Part shown: in pieces, positions 47,209 through 56,893 of the stretch
Layout: each line of letters opens with the position of its first letter
Position numbering within the stretch: the stretch's first letter is position 1
Assembly: GCA_002319815.1 (NCBI GenBank)
Contig: DCFR01000008.1
Span: forward strand, 52,062-116,061
Reading direction: 5' to 3'
DNA from: Megamonas sp. UBA1799
GTDB lineage: Bacteria > Bacillota > Negativicutes > Selenomonadales > Selenomonadaceae
Length of the DNA stretch: 64,000 bases
Position numbers and translations under genes: made by a program
Notes under the pieces: model-generated
What the model was told of the DNA's origin: nothing
What the model saw: only the letters and a program-made list of their open reading frames with translations
Database searches by the model: none

Positions 47209-48114
47209 TTATATTCGGGCCAGACCGCTGGCTGCCAGTGGGGTGAGGATAACAGGCGATTCCCGTCGGATGAATTCCGCAAAGCGGCGGGCGGCCAGCG
47301 GCAGCGTTTCCCAGTTGCGCCATACCAGCGCCAGCGTGCGTTCCAAGGGTTCCTGCACCGGACGAAGTATGAGGTCCTGCTCAAAGCCGGATAGTACCAG
47401 CCGGTAGAGAATTGATACGCCGAGGCCCTGACGTACCATGGCGAGAATGGTGTAGTCGTCATATACGGTGTATTCGATACGCGGCTTTAAGCCACGGCGG
47501 GCAAAAGCGTCCATAGGGACGCTGCGTTCGCCTTCATCCAGCAGAATGAAAGGCTCGGCCGCCAATTGCTGCAACGTGACAGCCGCCATCTGGGCAAGCG
47601 GATGTCCGAGCGGCAGCACTGCCATCATCTGATCCCGGCAGAGTGGACGCACGGTCAGGCCGGTTACGGTTTGCGCATTGGCGAAGCCAAAATCAATGCT
47701 GCCTTCCAGCACCCACTGCCGAATGCTGGTATATTCTCCCTGCTGCAGAACAAAACGGACGCCGGGATACTGCTGCTTGAAACTTTGCATCAACGGCGGC
47801 AGCAGATTGCGGCTCACACTGGTAAAGGTGCCAATGCGGATTTCACTGTTTTCCAGTCCCTGCAGTTCCCGCTGTTTCTGGCTGAGCGCCTTTTCCGCGC
47901 TGCATATGCCTCGGATATAGGGGAGAAAGGTTTCGCCGTCGGCCGTCAAAGTGAGACCGTTTTTGCTGCGGTTGAGCAGCGTCGTGGCTAGTTCTTCTTC
48001 AACAGAGCGAACCGACTGGCTCACCGCGCTTTGTGAATATCCCATAGCTTCGGCAGCCCGGGTGAAACTGCCGCTTTCGACGACCTGGCAAAAAATATCA
48101 TAACGAGAGAACAT
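47209..48114 (-). CDS. LysR-family transcriptional regulator
   Basis: FCQVVESGSFTRAAEAMGYSQSAVSQSV is a LysR HTH. Divergent from azlCD. Confidence 0.85.
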   Translation of the reverse strand: MFSRYDIFCQVVESGSFTRAAEAMGYSQSAVSQSVRSVEEELATTLLNRSKNGLTLTADGETFLPYIRGICSAEKALSQKQRELQGLENSEIRIGTFTSVSRNLLPPLMQSFKQQYPGVRFVLQQGEYTSIRQWVLEGSIDFGFANAQTVTGLTVRPLCRDQMMAVLPLGHPLAQMAAVTLQQLAAEPFILLDEGERSVPMDAFARRGLKPRIEYTVYDDYTILAMVRQGLGVSILYRLVLSGFEQDLILRPVQEPLERTLALVWRNWETLPLAARRFAEFIRRESPVILTPLAASGLARI

Positions 48115-48229
48115 AGAATACACCACCCATCAGATTTTCTTATATTTTTATTATAAATATTCGTTTTACAAATAACAAGCTTGCCGGTAAAATAAAAGAT
48201 TACAAGACAAAAAAGGAGAGACAACCGAT

Positions 48230-49009
48230 ATGGCGGAAGAAATAGCTGCGGGTACATTGAGATCCGAGGCGGATAATAAGGGAATATTGCAATCAGACGC
48301 AGCGGTTTTGCGGTCGGGGATGCATGATGGGATGCCGATTGCGCTCGGCTATCTGGTGGTCTCATTCACATTGGGAATTACGGCGCATACGGCCGGACTA
48401 ACGCCCTTTCAAGGTTTTTTAGCCAGTTTTTTTAACAATGCTTCCGCCGGGGAATACGCCGGCTTTATGCTGATTGCCGCCGGGGCGTCTTACTGGGAAA
48501 TCGCGCTGATTACTTTTATTGCTAATGCGCGGTATTTATTGATGAGCTGTGTGCTGAGTCAGAAGTTTGCGCCGGATGCGCCTTTATACCAGCGGCTGCT
48601 CATTGGCTTTGATGTCACGGATGAATTGTTTGGCATCACGATTGCCAGACCGGGACAGGTGCATCCTTATTATAATTACGGCGCGATGCTGGTGGCGTTG
48701 CCGGGCTGGTCGGTAGGTACAGCGCTGGGCATAATTGCCGGCAATGTTATGCCGCCTGCCGTTGTGAGTGCATTGAGCGTCGCTCTTTATGGAATGTTTC
48801 TCTGGGTTATCATTCCGCCGGCTCGCAGTAGCCGGATTGTGGCCGGGCTGGTCGGACTGAGCTTTGCGGCTAGTTTCGCCGCGGTGCATTTGCCGTTCAT
48901 TTCGACGGTTTCCAGTGGGACGCGCACCATCGGACTGACGCTGCTTCTGGCAGGAGCGGCAGCCTGGTTATTCCCGGTGTCCGCAAAGGAGGAAAATCAT
49001 GGAGCATAA
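48230..49009 (+). CDS. azlC: branched-chain amino acid exporter, AzlC family
   Basis: Multi-TM AzlC-like sequence; overlaps the azlD-like ORF. Confidence 0.8.
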   Translation: MAEEIAAGTLRSEADNKGILQSDAAVLRSGMHDGMPIALGYLVVSFTLGITAHTAGLTPFQGFLASFFNNASAGEYAGFMLIAAGASYWEIALITFIANARYLLMSCVLSQKFAPDAPLYQRLLIGFDVTDELFGITIARPGQVHPYYNYGAMLVALPGWSVGTALGIIAGNVMPPAVVSALSVALYGMFLWVIIPPARSSRIVAGLVGLSFAASFAAVHLPFISTVSSGTRTIGLTLLLAGAAAWLFPVSAKEENHGA

Positions 49010-49307
49010 TATTTATGGATATCTGGCCGTTATGGCGGCGGTTTCCTTTGCTATCCGGGTGCTGCCGCTGACGCTGATTCGCCGCCAGATCAAGAATCGT
49101 TTTTTGCGTTCATTTTTGTTTTATGTTCCTTACGCTACTTTAGCGGTTATGACCTTTCCGGCGATTTTGGACGCGACGCAGACGCCGCTGGCTGGTGCGC
49201 TGGCTCTGGCTGCTGGTATCTGGCTGGCTTGGAATGGGGCGAGTCTCTTCATGGTGTCGGCAGCCTGTTGTGTCGTGGTATTTCTCTCAGAATGGGCGCT
49301 TTGCTGA
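48999..49307 (+). CDS. azlD: AzlD-family membrane protein
   Basis: 102 aa, 3-4 TM; overlaps the azlC stop. Confidence 0.75.
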   Translation: MEHNIYGYLAVMAAVSFAIRVLPLTLIRRQIKNRFLRSFLFYVPYATLAVMTFPAILDATQTPLAGALALAAGIWLAWNGASLFMVSAACCVVVFLSEWALC

Positions 49308-49316
49308 TCGATCAAT

Positions 49317-49378
49317 ATACAAAGAGGACATCCCTTTTGCATCAGCAAACGCTGAGAAAAAGGATGTCCTCTTTGTAT
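49317..49378. terminator. hairpin with 17 bp perfect stem between convergent genes
   Basis: ATACAAAGAGGACATCC (49317-49333) pairs with GGATGTCCTCTTTGTAT (49362-49378); 28 nt loop. Confidence 0.55.
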
Positions 49379-49408
49379 GTTGGGAAGGAAATTTTCGGCG
49401 GGCGGGAT

Positions 49409-50002
49409 TCAGGGGCGGGAGCGGTTGTCCGACAGGTCAAAATTATTTACTATTTTTGTCCGCGCCAATCCATAAAGCAGGGCGGCTAAAAGCGATGAAG
49501 GGATAGTGTTGACGGCCATAGCAACCGCACAGTTAAGAGCGGAGATCCAGGCAATGGGCTCGGGAAAGCCAAGAATATAAACTTTAAAGGCCCAGCGGAT
49601 CCAGGGTTCCGTGATGATATTGACGGCGCTGGCCAATAGTCCGGCAATGAACGCATGGGTGTACATGGATTTTTTTGTCTGCGTATAAGAAAGATGCAGC
49701 AGACGGTGCGCGATGAACCCGCAGGCGAGGCCAAAGATGAGTTTAGCGATAAATGTTGGTGGGGCTGAGGTGGTATAACCGGCCAGTAAGTCGCCGATGG
49801 TCAGCCCCACGGCGCCGGTAAGGCCGCCGTAACGGCTGCCTAGTATAAAAGCAGACAACATGATGAAAGCGGAACCAACGTAGATTTTTGCCGGCAGGCC
49901 TCCGCCCAGAGGAATTTCAATGCGAAAAAAAGAAAAACAAATCAGGGCCAGCGCCGCAAACATGGCGGCTAATGTCATTTTGAGAATCGAATGATCGCGC
50001 AT
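49409..50002 (-). CDS. ECF-transporter S-component-like membrane protein (substrate unknown)
   Basis: 197 aa, about 6 TM. LTLAAMFAALALI...GGLTGAVGLTIGDLL resembles ECF S components. Assignment is tentative. Confidence 0.45.
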   Translation of the reverse strand: MRDHSILKMTLAAMFAALALICFSFFRIEIPLGGGLPAKIYVGSAFIMLSAFILGSRYGGLTGAVGLTIGDLLAGYTTSAPPTFIAKLIFGLACGFIAHRLLHLSYTQTKKSMYTHAFIAGLLASAVNIITEPWIRWAFKVYILGFPEPIAWISALNCAVAMAVNTIPSSLLAALLYGLARTKIVNNFDLSDNRSRP

Positions 50003-50072
50003 AGAATACCTTCTTTTTTATGTAATGAAGGTAGTATACCGCAGGCGGTTTTTAAATAAAAGGCCATGCGGG

Positions 50073-50103
50073 CAAAAAAACGTAATTGTATTAATACAAT
50101 TAC
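50073..50103 (-). terminator. rho-independent terminator after the LysR gene (minus strand)
   Basis: Perfect 22 bp palindrome GTAATTGTATTAATACAATTAC (50082-50103), followed on the minus strand by a T7 run. Confidence 0.6.
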
Positions 50104-50137
50104 AGCGCGCGGCAAAATAGAGGATTGTAAGGTCACT

Positions 50138-51055
50138 TCATTTTTCGGCAGAAAAAATGTTTGGAACGCTTTGTGGATTGGTCGTTTTGCTTTTTGTTTG
50201 TAACATTTGGATGAAATGTGCCGCTGCCGTAGAAAAAGGCAAATGGCGCGGGTAAATGATAGCGCCGGTTGTCGTCAGAGCGCTGGGCGACGGCCGGTAA
50301 AAATGCAGGACCTGTCCGGCGGTAAAGCGTCCGGCAGATTCGGGAACAACGGCAATGCCCAGCCCGGCTTCGGCCCACCGCAGCAGTTGCAAGGTGTCGT
50401 CGCTGGTACAAAAAATCAAGGGATCAAATCCCTGCATCTGACATTGCTGGGTGATTAAGGCAATATGACGTCGGTGCAGCAGCAACGGTTTTCCGGCCAG
50501 CGCCGGGAAGCCGATTTGTCCATCCGCGGCCGCGCCGGCAATGTCACAGGCTGCGAACAGCATGGGTTCAGGCGGCAGCAGAATAAAATCAAAATCCTGC
50601 ATATTGAAGGGAGCGCGGACAAAGCCGATTTCAATGATGCCGACGCGCAGCAGTTCCATGATTTTTAAGGTGTCGCCCTGATGCAGCTCAAAAGTGACAG
50701 CGGGGTGGCGCTGATGGAAGCGCGCAACCTGTGCCGGCAGCATGGCGCTGCTGAAAGATGCTCCGACGCCGAGGGAAAGACAACCGCTGATTGCATGGGC
50801 CGATTCATCAATTTCCTGCGCGGTACGGTTCATCAGCTCGAGCATCTGAACCGCGCGGCGCTGTAAAATGCGGCCGCTTTCGGTGAGCTGAATGCGTTTT
50901 CGGCTGCGCACGAAAAGTCGGGCGCCCAGTTCTTTTTCCAACTGCATAAGTTGTTGGGAAAGCGGCGGCTGGGTCATATTCAATTTTTCAGCGGCCTTGA
51001 CAATCAATCCCTCTTCGGCAACGGTCAGAAAATATTTCAGTTGGCGTAGTTCCAT
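50138..51055 (-). CDS. LysR-family transcriptional regulator
   Basis: MELRQLKYFLTVAEEGLIVKAAEKLNMTQPPLSQQL is a LysR HTH. Divergent from the SSS transporter. Confidence 0.85.
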   Translation of the reverse strand: MELRQLKYFLTVAEEGLIVKAAEKLNMTQPPLSQQLMQLEKELGARLFVRSRKRIQLTESGRILQRRAVQMLELMNRTAQEIDESAHAISGCLSLGVGASFSSAMLPAQVARFHQRHPAVTFELHQGDTLKIMELLRVGIIEIGFVRAPFNMQDFDFILLPPEPMLFAACDIAGAAADGQIGFPALAGKPLLLHRRHIALITQQCQMQGFDPLIFCTSDDTLQLLRWAEAGLGIAVVPESAGRFTAGQVLHFYRPSPSALTTTGAIIYPRHLPFSTAAAHFIQMLQTKSKTTNPQSVPNIFSAEK

Positions 51056-51191
51056 CGATACTTTCCTTTCTGATTGTATATTTTAAAAACATATATTATA
51101 TCATGGAAACAAATATTTTAAATATATTACTTAACTTGCTATAATTCTAAGGTAACTATGTTTTTCTGTCAATCAGGAGGGTTTATACTTT

Positions 51192-52601
51192 ATGGAAGTT
51201 TCTGTGGGGCATTCTATTTTTATGGCGCTGACCGTCCTGGCAGTCATTGGCGCCGGGATGTATGCGGCGCGTACGGTCAGATCGGCGGAAGGGTACAGTC
51301 TCGGCGGTCGTTCCTCGGGCGTTGCTATGGTCGCCGGCGGTATTGCCGGCACTGCCGTTGGCGGCGGAGCGACGGTCGGTACGGCGCAGATGGCTTATAC
51401 GCTGGGAATGACGGCTTGGTGGTTTACGCTGGGGATGGGAGTCAGTTTTATTATTTTGGGGCTGTTTTATGCCCGCCCTTTACGGGGAACCGCGCTGGAA
51501 ACGATTCCCCAGTATCTGGTGCTGCATTATGGACGTCCGGCTGGCGTGCTTTCCAGCGTAGTATCTTCTTTGGGCAGTCTGTTTAGTGCCGTTGCCAGCG
51601 CCTTGCCGGGCATTGGTATTCTGGCGGCTGTTCTGGGAATGCCCGCCTGGCAGGCAGCTGCGCTGCTGATCGTTTTAGTGACGGCATATGTGTTTTTTGG
51701 CGGCATGCGCAGCGCCGGTATCGGCGGCATGCTGAAGATGGGGATTCTCTGGACGAGTCTCTTTGCTGCCGGCGCTTATGCTTGTTGGCGGTTGCTGCGT
51801 TTTGTACCAGATACAGCCGCTATGCCCGATTTTCCCTGGTTCAGCTTGTTTGGCGGCGGCGTCAGCGAGGCCTGGGCCAATCTGCTGGCAGTTATTGTCG
51901 GCGTCGTATGCACGCAGACGTATATTCAGACGCTTTTTGCGGCAGCCAGTCCGAGAGTTGCCGCTGTAGGCGCTTTTGCCGCGGCATTGATTGTTATTCC
52001 GGTCGGTCTTCCCTGCATTGCGATCGGCATGTACATGCATCTGGCCGAACCGGGGCTGCCGCCTCTACTAGTGCTGCCGACGTATTTGCTGCATTATCAG
52101 CCGGCATGGATCGGCGGGGTGGCGATGGGCGGTATTATGCTATCTGTCATTGGCTCCATTGCCGGTATATCGCTGGGCATCAGTACGATGGTATCCAGGG
52201 ATATTCTGGCCGGCCTGTTTGCTATCCGGGATAACCGGGCCTTGCTGCGCCTGAATCGTTTGGTTCTTCTTGGTATTATGCTGTTGGCCTGCGTCGTCGC
52301 GATGCTCAATCCGGATTCGCAAGTGTTGTTTTGGAATTATATGTCCATGGCATTGCGCGGCGGCGGGATCTTTTTACCGCTTACTCTGGCAGTGTTTTTG
52401 CCGCATAAGCTTGATCCGCGTTGGGCGGCTGCGTCAATGCTGCTTTCAACATTCGTTGCGGTCGGCGCTGCTTGCCTGGCTTTGCCGGTTCAGCCGCTGC
52501 TGGTCGGGCTGGCCGCGAGTTTTTTGCTTATTCTTCCCGGTTTATGGGGCAAAAAGGCAAGCGCTGTTCCGAAAGCTGTGGATGAGGATTCAGCCGAATG
52601 A
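51192..52601 (+). CDS. sodium:solute symporter (SSS) family transporter
   Basis: 469 aa, about 13 TM. N-terminal region with GGRS... and YLVLHYG blocks typical of SSS. Confidence 0.8.
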   Translation: MEVSVGHSIFMALTVLAVIGAGMYAARTVRSAEGYSLGGRSSGVAMVAGGIAGTAVGGGATVGTAQMAYTLGMTAWWFTLGMGVSFIILGLFYARPLRGTALETIPQYLVLHYGRPAGVLSSVVSSLGSLFSAVASALPGIGILAAVLGMPAWQAAALLIVLVTAYVFFGGMRSAGIGGMLKMGILWTSLFAAGAYACWRLLRFVPDTAAMPDFPWFSLFGGGVSEAWANLLAVIVGVVCTQTYIQTLFAAASPRVAAVGAFAAALIVIPVGLPCIAIGMYMHLAEPGLPPLLVLPTYLLHYQPAWIGGVAMGGIMLSVIGSIAGISLGISTMVSRDILAGLFAIRDNRALLRLNRLVLLGIMLLACVVAMLNPDSQVLFWNYMSMALRGGGIFLPLTLAVFLPHKLDPRWAAASMLLSTFVAVGAACLALPVQPLLVGLAASFLLILPGLWGKKASAVPKAVDEDSAE

Positions 52602-52667
52602 TTGCCTCTTGTAAATTTTCATCGATGATGTATAATTAAGCCTATATTTTCAAAAGGAGGAGTTTCA

Positions 52668-53615
52668 ATGGCTGAACAAGAGAAAAATCAACGGCTGGGC
52701 ACTTTATCGGCTCTGGGGGCGTGCTTTATTTGGGGCGTTTTACCGTTGTATTGGCAGCTGCTGGCAGCAGCTTCGGCCTATGAAATTCTGGCGCAGCGCA
52801 TGATCTGGTCTTTTGTGTTCATGCTGGCAGCATTAGCATTTTTGCGGCGCGGCGAGCGTTTTTTGGCTGATTGCCGCGAGCTTTGGGCCAACAAGCGGCG
52901 CGGCGGACTTTTATTGGCGGCTTCGGTGATTATCAGCTTAAACTGGTTTACCTATATCTGGGCAGTGAATCATGGGCATGTGCTGGATACAAGTATTGGT
53001 TACTATATTAATCCGCTTATGAGTGTTTTGCTCGGCGTGGTTGTATTTCATGAGCATCTCACGCCGGCGAAAAAAATCAGCATAGCGCTGGCCAGTGTCG
53101 GAATTGCGGTGATGGCCTGGCAGATGGGAAAACTTCCCTGGATTGCCGTGGTGCTGGCCGTTTCTTTTTCGGTTTATGGGGCGGTAAAAAAGAAGCTGCA
53201 GCTGGATCCTTTTTCCAGTATTACATTGGAAACTTTGCTGATGCTTCCTTTGGCAATCTGGTATCTGGTACAGCTGTCTGCTGCCGGCGGCAGTCATTTT
53301 GGCGGTTCGTCGCTGATGCTGACGTTGTGTCTGTTTGGGACGGGCGTTGTCACGGCGTCACCGCTGATTTTATTTTCGTATGGAGCCAATTTGCTGCCGC
53401 TGAATGTGTTGGGCTTTTTTCAATATATCGGGCCGACGATGGGATTTTTGCTGGGGGTATTCTATTTCCGGGAGCCGTTCAGCGGCATGCAGCTGCTGGC
53501 GTTTGCCTTTGTTTGGGCCGCTGTGCTGCTGTTTACCCTGTCGGACCGTTTTGCGATTTTTCAGGAAAAACAGCCGTCGGATGCAGCGGAACTGGTGAAA
53601 CAGAGTCGGCAATAA
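52668..53615 (+). CDS. rarD: EamA-family transporter RarD
   Basis: GTLSALGACFIWGVLPLYWQLL and GYYINPLMSVLLGVVVFHE are RarD hallmarks. Confidence 0.85.
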   Translation: MAEQEKNQRLGTLSALGACFIWGVLPLYWQLLAAASAYEILAQRMIWSFVFMLAALAFLRRGERFLADCRELWANKRRGGLLLAASVIISLNWFTYIWAVNHGHVLDTSIGYYINPLMSVLLGVVVFHEHLTPAKKISIALASVGIAVMAWQMGKLPWIAVVLAVSFSVYGAVKKKLQLDPFSSITLETLLMLPLAIWYLVQLSAAGGSHFGGSSLMLTLCLFGTGVVTASPLILFSYGANLLPLNVLGFFQYIGPTMGFLLGVFYFREPFSGMQLLAFAFVWAAVLLFTLSDRFAIFQEKQPSDAAELVKQSRQ

Positions 53616-53624
53616 ATGGATTGC

Positions 53625-53657
53625 AGAGTTGTCCTTTTTATGGGCAGCTCTTTTTTT
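53625..53657 (+). terminator. rho-independent terminator after rarD
   Basis: Stem AGAGTTGTCC/GGGCAGCTCT (with G-U pairs) followed by T7. Confidence 0.6.
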
Positions 53658-53806
53658 GCGTTGCCGGCCTGTCAACAGCTTGTAAAAATAATAAGTTTGA
53701 CGTCGGGAATGATAAAGTTGAAAAAAATGTGTCAATGCGCTTGATGTATGCGGCAAAAGTTGATAAAATTTACACGGAAGGTTTTATTTATAAAAAATCG
53801 GGATGG

Positions 53807-54679
53807 ATGTGCTTGGGCGTGATCATAATAGAGGCGAATGCCAAGATCAATCTGACGCTGGATATTCTTGGCAAACGGACGGATGGTTATCACGAGGTCG
53901 CGATGGTCATGCAGTCTGTGAGTCTGCATGATACCATCCGGCTGGAGAAGATACGGCAGGGAATTGAGCTGACCGTTGATCAGCCGGGACTTGCTGCCGA
54001 TGCGACGAACCTTGCCTGGCGGGCAGCGCGCTGCCTGATGGATGTACACAGTATTCAGGAGGGGGTTCGCATTCATATTGCCAAGCGGATTCCAATTGCC
54101 GCCGGGCTGGCCGGCGGCTCTGCCGATGCCGCCGGAGTTTTGCGGGGGATGAACCGGCTTTTTGGGCTGGGCTTGCCGCCGGAAGCCTTGTGTGAGCTGG
54201 GAGCGCAGATCGGTTCGGATGTGCCGTTTTGCATCCGGGGCGGCACAATGTTTGCTTCCGGCCGGGGCGAGGCGCTGGAGCGGCTGCCGGATTTACCGTC
54301 GGTCTGGGTGGTGCTGGCGAAGCCGCCGGTTTCGGTATCGACGGCCTGGGCCTATCAGAGTTATGATGCCGCGCCGGCCAGGGAGCACCCGGATAATCCG
54401 GCGATGCTGGCGGCGATTGCGGCCGGGCGGCTGGAGGACGTTGGCCGTCATCTGGGCAATGTTTTGGAAGCCGTTACCGTGCAAAAATACGGAGAAATCG
54501 CCTGTATCCGCCAATGGATGCTGGAGGCCGGCGCACTGGCGGCGATGATGTCCGGCAGCGGGCCAACGGTATTTTCCCTGTCGGCCGATGAGGAAACGGC
54601 GCGGCGGGTTGCCCGGAATGTTTCCAGCCATGCGGATGCGGCTGTTTTTGTAGCACAAACTGCGGGACGAGCAGATTGA
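53807..54679 (+). CDS. ispE: 4-(cytidine 5'-diphospho)-2-C-methyl-D-erythritol kinase
   Basis: ANAKINLTLDILGKRTDGYHEV and KRIPIAAGLAGGSADAA (GHMP kinase motif). The upstream in-frame extension to 53327 overlaps rarD and was rejected. Confidence 0.9.
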   Translation: MCLGVIIIEANAKINLTLDILGKRTDGYHEVAMVMQSVSLHDTIRLEKIRQGIELTVDQPGLAADATNLAWRAARCLMDVHSIQEGVRIHIAKRIPIAAGLAGGSADAAGVLRGMNRLFGLGLPPEALCELGAQIGSDVPFCIRGGTMFASGRGEALERLPDLPSVWVVLAKPPVSVSTAWAYQSYDAAPAREHPDNPAMLAAIAAGRLEDVGRHLGNVLEAVTVQKYGEIACIRQWMLEAGALAAMMSGSGPTVFSLSADEETARRVARNVSSHADAAVFVAQTAGRAD

Positions 54680-54715
54680 TCTGCGCTTTCGTCATGAGAA
54701 TTGAGGGAATGAGTA

Positions 54716-55411
54716 ATGGAGAAGAGATTGGCGCCAATCCGATTGGATAGTTACCAGCCGCTGCGCGAAGTTGTCTGCGAGACGCTGCGCGATGCAATCC
54801 GTAAGGGGATATTGAAGCCAGGGGAGCGCCTCATGGAGATACAGCTGGCGGAAGAACTGGGTGTGAGTCGGACTCCGGTGCGGGAAGCGATTCGCAAACT
54901 GGAGCTGGAGGGATATGTGATCATGATGCCGCGGCGGGGAACCTATGTGGCGAATTTGTCGATTCGTGATGTGAATGAGGTTTTTGAAATCAGAACCTCG
55001 CTGGATTCGCTGGCGAGCGGGCTGGCGGCCGAACGCATCACCGATGAAGAGCTGGAACGTTTGCAGCGGCTGCTGGTTCTGATCAGTGAATATGTTGAGA
55101 CGAATGATATGGAAAAAATTGTGGAAACCGATACGGAATTTCATGATCTTTTGTATCAGGCAAGTCGTAATACGCGTCTGGTGGGTATCATTTTCAATTT
55201 GCGGGAGCAGCTCACGCGTTTCCGCACGACATCCATGGCGTTTCCCGGCCGGTTGGCCGCTACGCTGGAAGAACACCGCCGTATTGTCGAAGCCATTGCG
55301 CAGGGTGATGTGAAAGAAGCGCAGGCCGCAGCGGAGTATCATATGGAAAAATCGGAGCAGACGCTGTTGGCAAGTATGGAAGCTTTGAAGGAAAAAAATT
55401 CGAAAAAATAG
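54716..55411 (+). CDS. GntR-family regulator, FadR subfamily (FCD domain)
   Basis: GERLMEIQLAEELGVSRTPVREAIRKLELEGYV is the wHTH; the helical FCD C-domain contains EFHDLLY...EHRRIVEAI. Confidence 0.85.
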   Translation: MEKRLAPIRLDSYQPLREVVCETLRDAIRKGILKPGERLMEIQLAEELGVSRTPVREAIRKLELEGYVIMMPRRGTYVANLSIRDVNEVFEIRTSLDSLASGLAAERITDEELERLQRLLVLISEYVETNDMEKIVETDTEFHDLLYQASRNTRLVGIIFNLREQLTRFRTTSMAFPGRLAATLEEHRRIVEAIAQGDVKEAQAAAEYHMEKSEQTLLASMEALKEKNSKK

Positions 55412-55435
55412 AGCAGTGCATTTGGGGGCATAGGA

Positions 55436-56800
55436 ATGTCAGATTTAGTAACCGTCATTTTGGCGGCTGGCAAAGGAACGCGTATGAAGTCGGCGATGCC
55501 GAAAGTTCTGCATAAGGCCGGCGGCAAGGCTATGCTGCAGCATGTAATTGATGCGGCGCAGGCAGCTGGCGCAAAGCGGAATATTGTTGTCGTTGGTTTC
55601 GGCGGCGCAGTTGTGCAGGAGGCTGTCGGCACGCAGGCAGAAGTCGTTGTACAAAAGGAACAGCTGGGGACCGGGCATGCTGTTTTACAGGCGGCGCCGC
55701 TGCTCAGGGAAGAGCATGGCACCGTTATGGTTCTTTGCGGCGATACGCCGCTTTTGACCGGGGAACTTTTGAAAAAACTTTATGATGCGCATCGCGAAGC
55801 CGGTGCTAAAGCAACGGTGCTCACGGCTGTTATGCCGGATGCCACCGGGTACGGCCGTATTATTCGTACGGCGACGGGCACGGTGGAGAAGATTGTGGAA
55901 CATAAGGATGCAAGCGATGCCGAGCGTCGTGTGCAGGAAGTAAATTCCGGTATTTATTGCTTTGAGAAAGATGATCTTTTTGCGGCGCTGGCACAGGTGA
56001 CTTGCGACAATGCGCAGGGAGAGTACTATTTGCCGGATGTGCTCAGTATTTTGCGGCAAAAGGGTGAGAAGATCTGGGCGGTAGCAGCGGATGATTATGA
56101 ATCAACGCTGGGTATTAACTCGCGGGTACAGCTGGCCGGCGCAGAAAAAATTCTGCGCCGCCGGAAAAATATCGAGCTTATGGAGAGCGGCGTAACGATT
56201 ATGGATCCTGACAGCACCTTTATTGATGCCGATGTGACCGTGGGCCGCGACACGGTTATTTATCCGTTTACCTGGCTTGAGGGCGATACGCATGTAGGCG
56301 AGAACTGCACACTTGGGCCTTCCAGCCGTTTCAGCGATGCGATTATTGGCAGCGGTGTTACCGCACAGTTCGTTTATGCGCATTCCTGCGAGATGGCGGA
56401 TGGCGTAACCATGGGGCCGTATGTGCATATTCGTCCGAATACTAAACTGGCGGCGAAGGTGAAAATCGGCAATTTTGTCGAAGTTAAAAATTCTAATATC
56501 GGTCTGGGGACCAAACTGCCGCATCTTTCGTATATTGGGGACTGCGATATGGGAGGCGGCGTCAATATGGGCTGCGGGACGATTACTGTCAATTATGATG
56601 GTAAAAAGAAATATCGCACGGTCATCGGGGACAATGCCTTTGTCGGCTGCAATTCGAACCTGGTGGCTCCGGTTACCATCGGCGACGGCGCTTATGTAGC
56701 CGCCGGTTCCACCATTACCAAGGAAGTTCCCCCGTCGGATCTGGCGGTGGCGCGCGCCCGGCAGAAGAACATTGCCGGATGGGCCGACAAGCGCAAATAA
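55436..56800 (+). CDS. glmU: bifunctional UDP-N-acetylglucosamine pyrophosphorylase / glucosamine-1-phosphate N-acetyltransferase
   Basis: ILAAGKGTRMKS nucleotidyltransferase motif plus C-terminal left-handed beta-helix hexapeptide repeats. Confidence 0.95.
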   Translation: MSDLVTVILAAGKGTRMKSAMPKVLHKAGGKAMLQHVIDAAQAAGAKRNIVVVGFGGAVVQEAVGTQAEVVVQKEQLGTGHAVLQAAPLLREEHGTVMVLCGDTPLLTGELLKKLYDAHREAGAKATVLTAVMPDATGYGRIIRTATGTVEKIVEHKDASDAERRVQEVNSGIYCFEKDDLFAALAQVTCDNAQGEYYLPDVLSILRQKGEKIWAVAADDYESTLGINSRVQLAGAEKILRRRKNIELMESGVTIMDPDSTFIDADVTVGRDTVIYPFTWLEGDTHVGENCTLGPSSRFSDAIIGSGVTAQFVYAHSCEMADGVTMGPYVHIRPNTKLAAKVKIGNFVEVKNSNIGLGTKLPHLSYIGDCDMGGGVNMGCGTITVNYDGKKKYRTVIGDNAFVGCNSNLVAPVTIGDGAYVAAGSTITKEVPPSDLAVARARQKNIAGWADKRK

Positions 56801-56893
56801 ATTCTGGTAGCAGCGGCATTGCCGTTCTATATATATTAAAAGACGGGCACCCGCCCGAAAATATGAGTAATGGTATTGGAGGATTTTAACAAA

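Noticed and set aside
50003-50060. Possible preQ1-type riboswitch upstream of the ECF S-component-like gene (hairpin CCTTC...GAAGG covering the SD, A-rich loop).
   Set aside because: It lacks the conserved preQ1-I P1/loop nucleotides I can recall. The element is too short and generic, and the S-component substrate is unknown.
53327-53806. In-frame N-terminal extension of the ispE ORF (450 aa version).
   Set aside because: The extension overlaps the 3' end of rarD and the rarD terminator. IspE homology begins around ANAKINLTL, so the ATG at 53807 is used.
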